Of a stretch of DNA of 62,581 nt, positions 56,501-62,581 are shown piece by piece. The stretch comes from Rhodothermales bacterium. GTDB taxonomy: Bacteria > Bacteroidota > Rhodothermia > Rhodothermales > Bin80. The notes below the pieces were generated by a model. That model worked only from the letters and a program-made list of their open reading frames with translations, searched no databases and had not been told where the DNA came from. The stretch is taken from assembly GCA_022820435.1 (NCBI GenBank), contig JAJEFL010000009.1, positions 1 to 62,581 of the forward strand, read 5' to 3'. The position numbers were made by a program, and so were the translations under genes. Position 1 is the first letter of the stretch, and the number at the start of each line of letters is the position of its first letter.

Positions 56501-59500
56501 CTGGCCGGTACGCCACCGAATCCATTACGCCTGACCTTTACGCCTGCAGATTACGGTACGCCGCAGCCGGTTACCTTAACGGCAGATGAGGATAATCACG
56601 ATCTGTTTGATGAAGAAGTAACACTTACCTTAACGGCTTCTGGCTCGGAATATGCCGGGGTATCTGCGAATTTAGCAGTAACGATTGAGGATAATGACGA
56701 TGGAGTAATTATTGCAGCCCCGTCGGCGGTCACGATGACGGAGGGAGGTACGGGAACCTTTGATGTATCATTGGGAGTCATGCCGTCAACGAGTGTGACG
56801 GTCGTCGTGAGCGGGTACGCGGGTACGGATCTGGCAGGTACGCCGCCGAGTCCGCTGACTCTGATGTTTACAAAGACGAATTACAGCACACCGCAACCAG
56901 TAACCTTAACCGCAGATCAGGACCCAGATATTATTAATGAAAAGGAAACGCTGCGCTTAACGGCTTCTGGTGCAGAATATGACGGGGTAAGCACACCTTT
57001 AACGGTGTCAATCATTGATAACGACCAGACAGGGATCGTTGTCAGTCCATCTGCAGTTACGGTACTGGAGGGTGCCGCGGCCACCTTTGATGTATCATTG
57101 AGTGCAATGCCATCGGCGAATGTAACGGTGGCCGTGAGTGGTTATGCAGGTACGGATTTAGCCGGTACGCCACCAAGTCCAGCAAGTCTGACCTTTACAT
57201 CTGCAAACTATAACACGGCGCAGTTCATAACCTTAACTGCAGAAGAGGATCTAGACATCTTGGATGATCAGGAAGTATTGCGACTAACGGCATCAGGTTC
57301 AGAATATGATGGAGTGACTGTAAATGTACCCGTCACGATTAAGGATAACGGTCACGACCCAGGCATTTCGGTGCGTCTATCGGCGAGTCCCACCTCGGTT
57401 ATAGAGGGCGGTACGATTACGGTTACGGCGACATTGTCGAAGGTGTTTTCGGAGGCGGTTACGATCCCATTGGAATATACGCCCGGCACCCCTGGACCGA
57501 CGGAGCCAAATGATTATGATCGGCTTGCAGTCATCACGATCCCTGGAGGAGTATTGAGTGGATCCGGCAAGATTGTCACAAAAGAGGACAGGGTTTTTGA
57601 GGGGAACGAGACATTCATGGTGGCACTGGGAGATTTACCGTCGGATCTATATCCCGGCATCCCCGCCTCACTGGAACTCACGATAGAAGACAATGACATG
57701 CCACCCCCGGTGGAGGTAACACTCTCCGTTGATCCGCAAGATGTTATTGAGGGGAATTTGGTGACCGTAACGGCAACCCTGGCGGGTGCACTTGAAGTGG
57801 ATGTGACGATTCCGCTGGACTATAACACGGGTACATCCGAGCCTGGAGATTATAAAGAACTTGAACATGTAACGGTTCCCGTTGGCGAGACGGAGGGGGC
57901 CGGACAAATCCAGACATTTCAGGATTCAGATCTTGAGGATGAGACATTTATTGTAGCACTGGGAAGTGATTTACCCCCCGAGGTGGACCCAGGGCGGGCA
58001 TCTTTCCAGACCATCACGATCCGGGATATAATTCCACCGCAAGATGTGAGTGTACAATTTTTGACGGCGACCCAATCGGTGAATGAAGGAGAGACGGTTC
58101 CCGTAACCATAGAATTGGACGAAGGTCTGCCCGCGGATGTGGTGATTCCCTTGACGGTGATGGCTGGCGCGGCAGATGCACAGGACTACCGTGTTTCATC
58201 ACCGATTCAGGTAGGGATTAAAGCCGGGGAGACAAGAGGAACTTCGGTAATCCCCACGATTCAGGATGATATTGTAGAATCGGACGAGACCTTTTCGGTG
58301 GAGGTGGGGGAACTGCCGTCTGGAATCATACCGGGGGAACTCTCGGAAGTGGTCGTGACCATTATTGACGACGATGAAGCAGGATTGAATGTATTGCCCT
58401 CAATGTCTATTGTGGAGGGAGCCTCGGTCGCATTGAATTTTTCGCTGACATCAAAACCAGAGAGTGCAGTCAATGTGGAGATAATCTGGCCTTCAGGGAC
58501 GGATCTGACCGTGCTTCCCGTTCAGCGAATCTTTACGCCGGATAACTGGCAGACATTGCAGATGGTGCTCTTCAGTGCCGCGGAGGATCCCGATTTTAAT
58601 GATGATCAGGTATTGGTGACGTTGGCCGCAACCGGGGGCGGCTACCCAGGAATTTCCCAAACGGTCGATGTAACCATCATTGACAATGATGTGGCCGGGA
58701 TTCATGCGCCGGCATCGGTGATGGTTTCCGAGGGAGGATCAGAAACCTTTGATATTCGGCTTGTTGCCGCGCCTTCGGCTGCGGTGACCGTAACGGTTCC
58801 CGGAACGCTGGGAGATCTCACCGCAACGCCAACGCGTCTGACCTTTACAGAAGATAACTGGGCGAGGCCCCGGTCCATTACCCTGATGGCAGGTGAGGAT
58901 GATGATTTTCTTCCTGATACCGAGATACTCACCTTCACGGCCAATGGAGGTGGCTATGACGGTGAAACACGAGATATGAGTGTGACGATTATGGATGATG
59001 ATGAGGCGGGGATTGAAGCTCCTTTGGAGGTGACGATAGAAGAGGGGGGTACCGGTACACTGCCCGTCCGCCTTCTGGCCGCCCCATCCGGTCCGGTAAC
59101 GTTAACATTGGCAGGGCACATGGGCACAGATCTGGCACTGTCGGGAACTTCGCTTACCTTCACCGGCACAGATTGGAATGTCCTGCAGACGGTGACCTTG
59201 ACCGCAGTGGAGGATAATGACTTTACGGATGACCGTGTGGAACTTGTGCTCACCGCCTCGGGAGGGGATTACGATCATGTACACACGACCCTTGTCACGA
59301 TCATGGACAATGATGAGCAGGAGTTGCCCGTAACAATCGGAATCTATGATGAAAGAGATTCGGAAGATGCAGGCAGCCTGCAGCTGGCGATTGAACTCAG
59401 TCGCTCGGCGGATGAGGTGGTGACGGTGCAGTATGCAACATCAAACATAGAAGCAGAGGCAGGTCTGGACTATACGGCATCCCGCGGAGTCGTGATCTTT

Positions 59501-61243
59501 GATCCCGGCGCAACTCGTGGTGTGATAGAGATTGAGATTATGGATGATGATATCTTTGAGGAATCGGAGCGGTTTACGGTGACCCTGTCGAATCCGGCGA
59601 ATGCGGTCATTGCACGTGGCACAGGAACGGGGACGATTCTGGATAATGACGGGAGTGCAAAACTTCGGGTAGACGATGCATTGGTACAGGAAGAGGAGGG
59701 GGTGGTTGTGTTCCGGGTATTGCTATCCCATCCGCAGCGTCAGATGGTGACGGCAGAATACCGTACGCGGGACGGGAGCGCAAAAGCAGGGGAGGACTAT
59801 GAAGCATCTTCGGGAGTCGTAACCATCGCACCGGGAACCATGGAAGCCCTGATTGCAGTGTCGATCTTGAAAGACGGGCTGGACTGGCAGGAAGAGACGT
59901 TTACCGTACACCTGGAGTCTGCAAAGCATGCCGAGATTGAAAAGGCGGTGGGTGTGGCAACGATTCAGGAGTCGACGACGGTAAGTGAGGGAGTTCTGGA
60001 GGCGTATGCGTCCAGATTTGTACGGACGGCTTCCGTGGAGGTGGTGGACGCACTGGGAGACCGATTCCGTGCAGCCGCAGACGGAGCGATGTGCACCGCA
60101 GCAGAGCGTGCAGAAATGGCACAGCTTTGGTACTCGGCTTCTTCGTGGGACCCATCTCTGGGCGAACTTTTGGCGGACTGCCGCCTGTCTCAAAGTATGC
60201 CGGTATCCGGTGGATCCTTTGGCGTGTGGGGGCAGGGTGCCTTTCGGCAGTTCAATGGTCGGGGCGACGAGGCATTGACGCTCCGCGGAGAGGTGACAAC
60301 GGGGATGCTGGGAGCGGATTACCGCTGGCGCAGAGGCTGGCTGGCTGGCGTGCTTCTGGCGCATAGTCAGGGAGATGGATCGTTTGAGGTAAAAGAGGAG
60401 TCCGGAGAGATGAACTCCGCATTGACGGGGATCTATCCGTATGTGTCGTATACGCGTGCAGGATGGGATGTATGGGTGAGTGCAGGTGCTGGACGTGGCA
60501 GTGCGGAAGTGTCCGAGTTAAAAGGAGACTTGACTTCCCGCTTTGGAGCGATGGGCATGCGGGGTACACTAGCATCCGGCGGGGCTGTTGGACTGAGTTA
60601 TCATGGCGATATTCTGATGACCGATGCAGAGATTGCCGACCATAACATTACAGCAGAAGTGTACCGGGTTCGTGCAGGCATTGAAATGACCACACAGATT
60701 ACAGGAGAAATCCGTCCCTATATGGAAGCGAATGTACGTCAGGATGGGGGCAGTGCAGAGACGGGCACGGGACTGGAACTGGGGGGCGGCGTACGCTTTT
60801 CGAATCCGGCATGGCGTTTACGGGGGGAAGTGCGGACGCAGGGGCTGGTCATGCATACGGCGGATGGATTTACCGAATGGGGAATCTCTGGATCGTTGCA
60901 GATGGGGAGCAGTTCCGAGGGATTGATGATGCGTCTGCGTCCGTCATGGGGACGCGGTCATGGGATGTCCATGTACAATCAGCAGACGATTCTGGATGCG
61001 GCCCCAACCGGAGCAAATGCGCATCGGACCGAATTGGAGTTGGGATACGGCGTTCCTTGGAAGGGTGGCTCGGCTAGATCTATCATGGGGGTGACGCAGT
61101 TGTCCCGGGGAATGATGTACCGGATGGGAGGGGAACTTCGTCCATGGGAACGGCTCTCCTTCTCCGTCTTTGGCTTAGCGCACGGGCGTGAAGCCGTATT
61201 GGGAGACATTGGTGTGAATGTGCAGGGATCACTCCGGTATTGA
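47588..61243 (+). CDS. Giant (4551 aa) beta-sandwich-repeat surface protein with an autotransporter-like C-terminal beta-barrel
   Basis: A single uninterrupted ORF with a short signal-like N-terminus (MKFGFRLSILLLAVIDS). It has two Ig-like modules (FTATFTFSENVTGFEDRDVTVTGGSRGSISGSGRGYTLPVTP) and about 7 Calx-beta-like modules. Twenty modules of the second type follow, with consensus P..V.V.EGGTATF.V.LSAAPS.NVTV.VSGH.GTDLAGTPPDPL.LTF.P.NY..PQ.VT.TADEDPDI.D....L.L.ASGAEY.G....V.VTI.DND. The protein ends with 3 Calx-like modules, 3 second-type modules, 2 canonical Calx-beta domains and the barrel. Confidence 0.9.
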   Translation: MKFGFRLSILLLAVIDSEGVGNHLVRALLHTDGVALSTISWVREKTAPYAELTSRGSLDFAAEDDSISVWESLQSDIDEQIWDVHVSKGEESFGTRIEMEDGGAENGTEDLFFSVRSHSGSGAGKLRESGCRPSNCRPPVQEKKPTLAISNVPGRINSMTTFTATFTFSENVTGFEDRDVTVTGGSRGSISGSGRGYTLPVTPDGEAGVTVEVAANSVINGSGYTGPILAISATAVWDVAVPAVTISVPGRINPPAAFTFREAVMGFTDAYISVTGGTRGVLNGNGYTYTVHAGDIGGTILMTADSIDGDKTFRVVPGAGDLLSGVSGGIPNQVAVTAYEPLKVEFDLSAETVYEGESVTVTARFFNSQATLPGDVTIPFLIYDQNWHSGKPPVVRPQAPEKLELVIKAGTMEDTGTLETIIDGSGRDEEVSVVFGTLPPEVERATTSARLIIKGSKRTVTLSATPNPVFEGSPDGVAVTAELSYAHSQDVRIPLTYRDKTTPGFSLTAEPTDYEDVGFITIPVNGTTGEETIKIPDEPLTPQDTEDETFAVAIDESTLPSDLMAGLSKEVEITIVDKDRPLVYAAPLIVEEGKTGDLKVALTEPPSTTFTVEIGGYQGTDFEATPPNPLTLQFDGTDWDTPKSVTLTAAEDDDDYEDEDEELLLTVKIGSAPFGTGVKVPVTIRDNDKVEVNLELLSPAVVLEGERVTPINPTAKIRVELSKVLSRDVSISLLRTQNLPTAGQPIALCPVVIKAGTKHRDLLELYNADENDDDEQYTVTLDPSPPAPTHSCHVSSWPVEVLEGSDNSVTYTIQDRPVVKLTASPTTVNEGDSVGVRLELSYALGQDVRIKVNAVPRTDPAYATTSWDDFEKLWDGTGILIPKGTTIGRDTVAIRADFEVESDEVFNLGYPSSLLPEAVRQGESRKISLPGTPCDDLTCATIIKDVQVEQVITLSASPNPVFEGNSTTLTVTLAKPLTADQYGIRGLQILSDDKNSQADKNDFTLPYLDEQLRIWNAWWFFLDEGETRKDVVIEIEDDGLDEGDENLIWDIVGYASGNMEANLACNNNPDSVCEITIKIRDPAEIVANPSDFRMTEGGSATFEVSLNTAPSADVTVTISDDGDSDLSWAGTAMLTDGNKLTFTPADYSTPQLVSLTAGEDDSDIANDTETLTLTASGAPEYTGVSAEVEVTIIDNDRGITVMPSVVTIDEGATVRDAFKVSLTAAPTGEVKVTLGDDGDSDVSWSGTAGLTDGNKLTFTPTDYSTPQPVSLTAAEDDDYVNDVEFLALVAFGAEYEGNYAKSMQVTIIDNDDAEIIATPPDVPVMEGGTATFSVSLSVKPSGNVTVAVSGHTGTDLATTPPDPLTVTFTSANYGTPQDVTITADEDPDIWDDPVTLTLTGSSSDTEYDGLTTNVAVTIEDNDAGTIMAAPSDVLVTEGGTATFKVSLSAAPSQNVTVAVSGHTGTDLAGTPPDPPSLTFTPVDYNTPQDVTITADEDSDILDDSVPLTLMGSNAEYDGLTAEVTVMIDDDDIGSIRAPFLLTMNEGETSNSLLDVSLSDAPSGEVTVTVTGHEGTDLEGATPDSPDPVTLIFTQTNYSIPQPVSLTAKEDDDSLDDTVNLLLKATGAEYSGLTKRSQIRISDNDDAKIIATPPEVRIKEGGTATFDVTLSAAPSQDVTVELHGYKKTVLETTPPDPLHLTFTPANYGMRQTITLSAGHDLNDFDEYTILTLRASGAEYNNAKTKLPVSIDDDEVWELTIKEGGMKFLASRFTSKPRSNIVQKITGHAGTDLDVHPSTWTVTPQNYNTPWQKTFTAGEDPDIWDDEVMLVWEDFGRGFKYDMNMRFTIEDNDDGKIIASPSGVPVTEGSTATFEVSLSHAPSQKVTVTVSGHTGTDLAGTPPDPLSLTFRPDNYDEPQPVTITADEDPDITNDTATLILTGSDAEYDGLTTNVVVTIEDKDAGMIIAAPSDVKIMEGGTATFDVSLSVKPTANVTVAVSGHAGTDLAGTPPDPLNLTFTPLNYDKPQSVTLTAGEDQDIYDRFEWLHLDASDAEYDDVQALVGVLIDDNDAGQITMNEGSSAEAFVLSLPDEPTSSVTAMITGYAGTDLATNPPDPQTIVFTPQNYSTGETVTLTADEDPDIWDDLVMLVTEFSGGGYGGQDIKLQVTIRDNDDGKIIAIPSDVPVTEGGTATFNVTLSHAPSQNVTVAVGGYEGTDLAGTPPDPPSLTFRPDNYSTSQQITITADEDPDITNDLATLTLTGSNVEYDGLTTNVAVTIEDNDSGTIIANPSTVKIREGAAAALEVSLSAAPSQNVTVAVSGHTGTDLAGTPPDPLNLTFRPDNYADPQLVTLTADEDPDILDQFEWLYLDASNAEYDGVQTLVGVLIDDNDVWEITMNEGSSVEAFGLALPDEPTSNVTVTITGYAGTDLATIPPDPRMIIFTTQNYSTVRPVTLTADEDQDIWDDVVMLTAEFSGGDYGEQDMKLQVTIRDNDGGKIIATPPDVPVTEGGTATFDVTLSAAPSENVTVTVSSHGGTDLAGTPPHPLSLTFRPDNYNTPRQITITADEDQDIIDDKEILILEASGAEYEGLSEEVRVTIKDNDDGGIIATPYAVTMTEGATETFDVTLGAAPSANVTVKISGYSGTDLAGIPPDPPELTFTPTDYGKAQTVTLTAGEDADVTNDMETLRLTASGAEYTGAVTDVKVSIIDKDQAGIVANPSVVPIAEGTSATFDVTLSAVPSADVTVAITGYTGTDLAPIPPNPDRLMFTKTDYGKAQTVTLTAGTDLDIIDETETLLLTASGAGYTGVETKVTVTINDKDAGSIIAPAALTITEGSTGTFKLSLSNAPSEDITVAVTGYMGTDLAGIPPSPNKLTFTKTNYGDVQTVTLTAGGDPDILDDAEALILTASGAEYAGMKKKIAVTIKDKDAGSIIVPAALTITEGSTGNFDVWLSNAPSENVTVLVSGHAGTGLAGTPPNPLRLTFTPADYGTPQPVTLTADEDNHDLFDEEVTLTLTASGSEYAGVSANLAVTIEDNDDGVIIAAPSAVTMTEGGTGTFDVSLGVMPSTSVTVVVSGYAGTDLAGTPPSPLTLMFTKTNYSTPQPVTLTADQDPDIINEKETLRLTASGAEYDGVSTPLTVSIIDNDQTGIVVSPSAVTVLEGAAATFDVSLSAMPSANVTVAVSGYAGTDLAGTPPSPASLTFTSANYNTAQFITLTAEEDLDILDDQEVLRLTASGSEYDGVTVNVPVTIKDNGHDPGISVRLSASPTSVIEGGTITVTATLSKVFSEAVTIPLEYTPGTPGPTEPNDYDRLAVITIPGGVLSGSGKIVTKEDRVFEGNETFMVALGDLPSDLYPGIPASLELTIEDNDMPPPVEVTLSVDPQDVIEGNLVTVTATLAGALEVDVTIPLDYNTGTSEPGDYKELEHVTVPVGETEGAGQIQTFQDSDLEDETFIVALGSDLPPEVDPGRASFQTITIRDIIPPQDVSVQFLTATQSVNEGETVPVTIELDEGLPADVVIPLTVMAGAADAQDYRVSSPIQVGIKAGETRGTSVIPTIQDDIVESDETFSVEVGELPSGIIPGELSEVVVTIIDDDEAGLNVLPSMSIVEGASVALNFSLTSKPESAVNVEIIWPSGTDLTVLPVQRIFTPDNWQTLQMVLFSAAEDPDFNDDQVLVTLAATGGGYPGISQTVDVTIIDNDVAGIHAPASVMVSEGGSETFDIRLVAAPSAAVTVTVPGTLGDLTATPTRLTFTEDNWARPRSITLMAGEDDDFLPDTEILTFTANGGGYDGETRDMSVTIMDDDEAGIEAPLEVTIEEGGTGTLPVRLLAAPSGPVTLTLAGHMGTDLALSGTSLTFTGTDWNVLQTVTLTAVEDNDFTDDRVELVLTASGGDYDHVHTTLVTIMDNDEQELPVTIGIYDERDSEDAGSLQLAIELSRSADEVVTVQYATSNIEAEAGLDYTASRGVVIFDPGATRGVIEIEIMDDDIFEESERFTVTLSNPANAVIARGTGTGTILDNDGSAKLRVDDALVQEEEGVVVFRVLLSHPQRQMVTAEYRTRDGSAKAGEDYEASSGVVTIAPGTMEALIAVSILKDGLDWQEETFTVHLESAKHAEIEKAVGVATIQESTTVSEGVLEAYASRFVRTASVEVVDALGDRFRAAADGAMCTAAERAEMAQLWYSASSWDPSLGELLADCRLSQSMPVSGGSFGVWGQGAFRQFNGRGDEALTLRGEVTTGMLGADYRWRRGWLAGVLLAHSQGDGSFEVKEESGEMNSALTGIYPYVSYTRAGWDVWVSAGAGRGSAEVSELKGDLTSRFGAMGMRGTLASGGAVGLSYHGDILMTDAEIADHNITAEVYRVRAGIEMTTQITGEIRPYMEANVRQDGGSAETGTGLELGGGVRFSNPAWRLRGEVRTQGLVMHTADGFTEWGISGSLQMGSSSEGLMMRLRPSWGRGHGMSMYNQQTILDAAPTGANAHRTELELGYGVPWKGGSARSIMGVTQLSRGMMYRMGGELRPWERLSFSVFGLAHGREAVLGDIGVNVQGSLRY
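50827..57352 (+). repeat. Array of 20 tandem ~326-bp (~108-aa) coding repeats of the second (non-canonical) beta-sandwich type
   Basis: I counted boundaries by the recurring VT(I/V).D(N/K)D...(I/V)(I/V)A.PS motif in the translation. The array includes a 963-bp three-module superunit present twice. Confidence 0.8.
59966..61243 (+). other. Linker plus autotransporter-like outer-membrane beta-barrel domain of the 4551-aa protein
   Basis: The sequence reads STTVSEGVLEAYASRFVRTAS...GGSFGVWGQGAFRQFNGRGDEALTLRGEVTTGMLGADYRW...GIGVNVQGSLRY. It is collinear with, and highly similar to, 45903..47176. Confidence 0.7.
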
Positions 61244-61513
61244 AAGCATCAACGGCGGACTTGCACACACGACCCGCAGAGTTATCCGATGGTGTAACTT
61301 GAGTCAGCGCCAGCGACGGATTGCCGCGGCGTGCATGGATATTGAAGAGCACTCACGCAACGCCATTCCACAGGACTGGCAGTGGGATGGACTGCTCCGA
61401 GCATTAAAACGGCATGGTAAAACCAAAAACGCTATCTTGTACCCCGACAAAGCTTCAGGGAATTTCACTAACAATGGTGCATTCCCGTTTATCATGGATT
61501 GGCCGAAAGTCTT

Positions 61514-62581
61514 ATGGTATTCATCCGAGTTTTAAGTATTTCCGCGCTGACGTTCTGTTGGATTTCCGGCAATGTATTTGCACAGACCGATCAAGCCGCC
61601 AGTGGAGTTGCCAGTAAATCCGGGCGGCATACTGATGTTCAGCCCTCTATCCCGCATGCCTTGTGGAGGGCATCCCCGGATGGACAAGGTGCCTACGGGA
61701 TTCTGAGTATATATCCGAAAATAATTCGGATTAGTGACACTGAACGTAAGCAATCTTTCATTCGTGAATTTGAAGTTACTGCAAATTCCCCCCCGCGCAA
61801 TGCTATTGACGGTAAATGGGATGTGATTATTGAGCCAAAGGATGAACATAGTGCAGTTCTGAAGGTCAATCCGAATGAATTGGAGATTAACAATACTAAT
61901 TGGCTTTCTTACCAGAAGGTTACAATATCTCACACGGGAAGCCCGGAAATCAGTGTGGACAAATTAGATTTTCGATTGACACTCAAAGAAAGGGATCGCA
62001 AGCTAGACGAAGATATTTTCTCAATTGAGGTGGATAAGCCATATGTCTGGATAGAAGCGATCCCAGACTCGGTAGACGAGGGTGAATCAGTCGAAATCAG
62101 AGTACATATTTCAGAGATTCAGGAGAATCGGGATGCATATATTCTCCTTGAGGTTCGGCCCCCTTCACCGATGCAAGAGAATTTCCGTGACATTAACGTT
62201 GGTACTGCGACTTTTGTCGAAATCAAACGAGGCGAATCATGGGCTAAGGTAGACATCAAAATCGTTGATGATGACCTACCCGAGCCGGACGAGATTTTTG
62301 AGGTATTCATCAATAAAGCCAAACTGCCGAAATGGCTTGAAACTCTTGGGGATAAATGGCCACGTCACACGGTTAGAATTAAATTCACGATCAATGCCAG
62401 CGACAATGAGCCCGAGATTATCGTAGAAGAGGAATTTCTGACGGTGACGGAGGGGCAGACGGACACGCTGAGGGTAAAGTTGTCGCAGAAGCCGAAGCCC
62501 TCGGAGAAGGTGCAGGTGACGATCACTGGATATGAGTCCACGGATCTGGATACCACTGCCTCCAGGCCATGGGAGTTTTCA
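61514..62581 (+). CDS. Third large repeat surface protein; only the N-terminal 356 aa are present, as the gene runs off the window end
   Basis: Absent from the ORF track because there is no stop inside the window. Hand translation from ATG 61514 gives MVFIRVLSISALTFCWISGNVFAQTDQAASGV... (signal peptide with an AQ-T-type cleavage site), open to 62581. It includes a Calx-like module (VDEGESVEIRVHISE...GTATFVEIKRGESWAKVDIKIVDDDLPEPDEIFEVFI). It ends in a second-type module (LTVTEGQTDTLRVKLSQKPKPSEKVQVTITGYESTDLDTT). The upstream in-frame stop is at ~61469. Confidence 0.8.
   Translation, partial: MVFIRVLSISALTFCWISGNVFAQTDQAASGVASKSGRHTDVQPSIPHALWRASPDGQGAYGILSIYPKIIRISDTERKQSFIREFEVTANSPPRNAIDGKWDVIIEPKDEHSAVLKVNPNELEINNTNWLSYQKVTISHTGSPEISVDKLDFRLTLKERDRKLDEDIFSIEVDKPYVWIEAIPDSVDEGESVEIRVHISEIQENRDAYILLEVRPPSPMQENFRDINVGTATFVEIKRGESWAKVDIKIVDDDLPEPDEIFEVFINKAKLPKWLETLGDKWPRHTVRIKFTINASDNEPEIIVEEEFLTVTEGQTDTLRVKLSQKPKPSEKVQVTITGYESTDLDTTASRPWEFS

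Noticed and set aside
35650-57352. Highly regular ~321-326-bp tandem repeats, considered as a possible CRISPR array or satellite.
   Set aside because: The period is far too long for CRISPR, there is no repeat/spacer alternation, and the repeats are in-frame coding modules of the giant proteins.
35169-61352. Dozens of 60-210-aa antisense or off-frame ORFs inside the two giant genes in the supplied track, for example 59723..60364 (-) and 54830..55294 (-).
   Set aside because: They are embedded in single uninterrupted 12-14-kb reading frames with clear domain structure. Their translations are low-complexity mirror images of the repeats (S/T/V/P-rich) with no recognisable motifs.

Overview
This 62.6-kb window looks like chromosomal DNA from an FCB-group bacterium (Balneolota, Rhodothermota or Bacteroidota-like). 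That taxonomic call rests only on gene content and is an inference. GC is roughly 50% by eye. There are four blocks. (1) 1-9.9 kb holds the 5' end of a large repeat-protein gene on the minus strand, which runs off the window and is absent from the ORF track. It is followed by a plus-strand locus of Gfo/Idh/MocA oxidoreductases, xylose-isomerase-like TIM-barrel enzymes, an FGE-family protein and ApbE, several with twin-arginine (Tat) signals. (2) 9.9-19 kb is a mosaic accessory stretch bracketed by two inverted copies of a ~200-bp MITE-like element with 17-bp terminal inverted repeats. It contains decaying small genes (two with single in-frame TAA codons), a heptad-repeat coiled-coil pseudogene, an orphan AAA+ ATPase with a remnant of a paralogue upstream, and a second operon of four consecutive Tat-signal enzymes. 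(3) 19-35 kb is housekeeping and miscellaneous: tandem CarboxypepD_reg paralogues, an aldo/keto reductase, a phosphoribosyltransferase, glutamate dehydrogenase, a Na+/H+ antiporter-RCK-EIIA fusion, aroE, a TPR-like gene frameshifted in a C7 run, an IS1634-family insertion and uxaC. (4) 35.2-62.6 kb is the standout. It is a same-strand tandem array of giant surface-protein genes (4006 aa, 4551 aa, and a third that runs off the window). Each is built from about 30-37 Calx-beta or related ~105-aa beta-sandwich modules. The two complete genes end in a shared, conserved ~2.9-kb cassette whose last ~430 aa look like an autotransporter-type outer-membrane beta-barrel, apparently longer than the classical 12-strand domain. 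No rRNA, tRNA or CRISPR array was seen. All functional calls come from reading motifs by eye; no searches were run.
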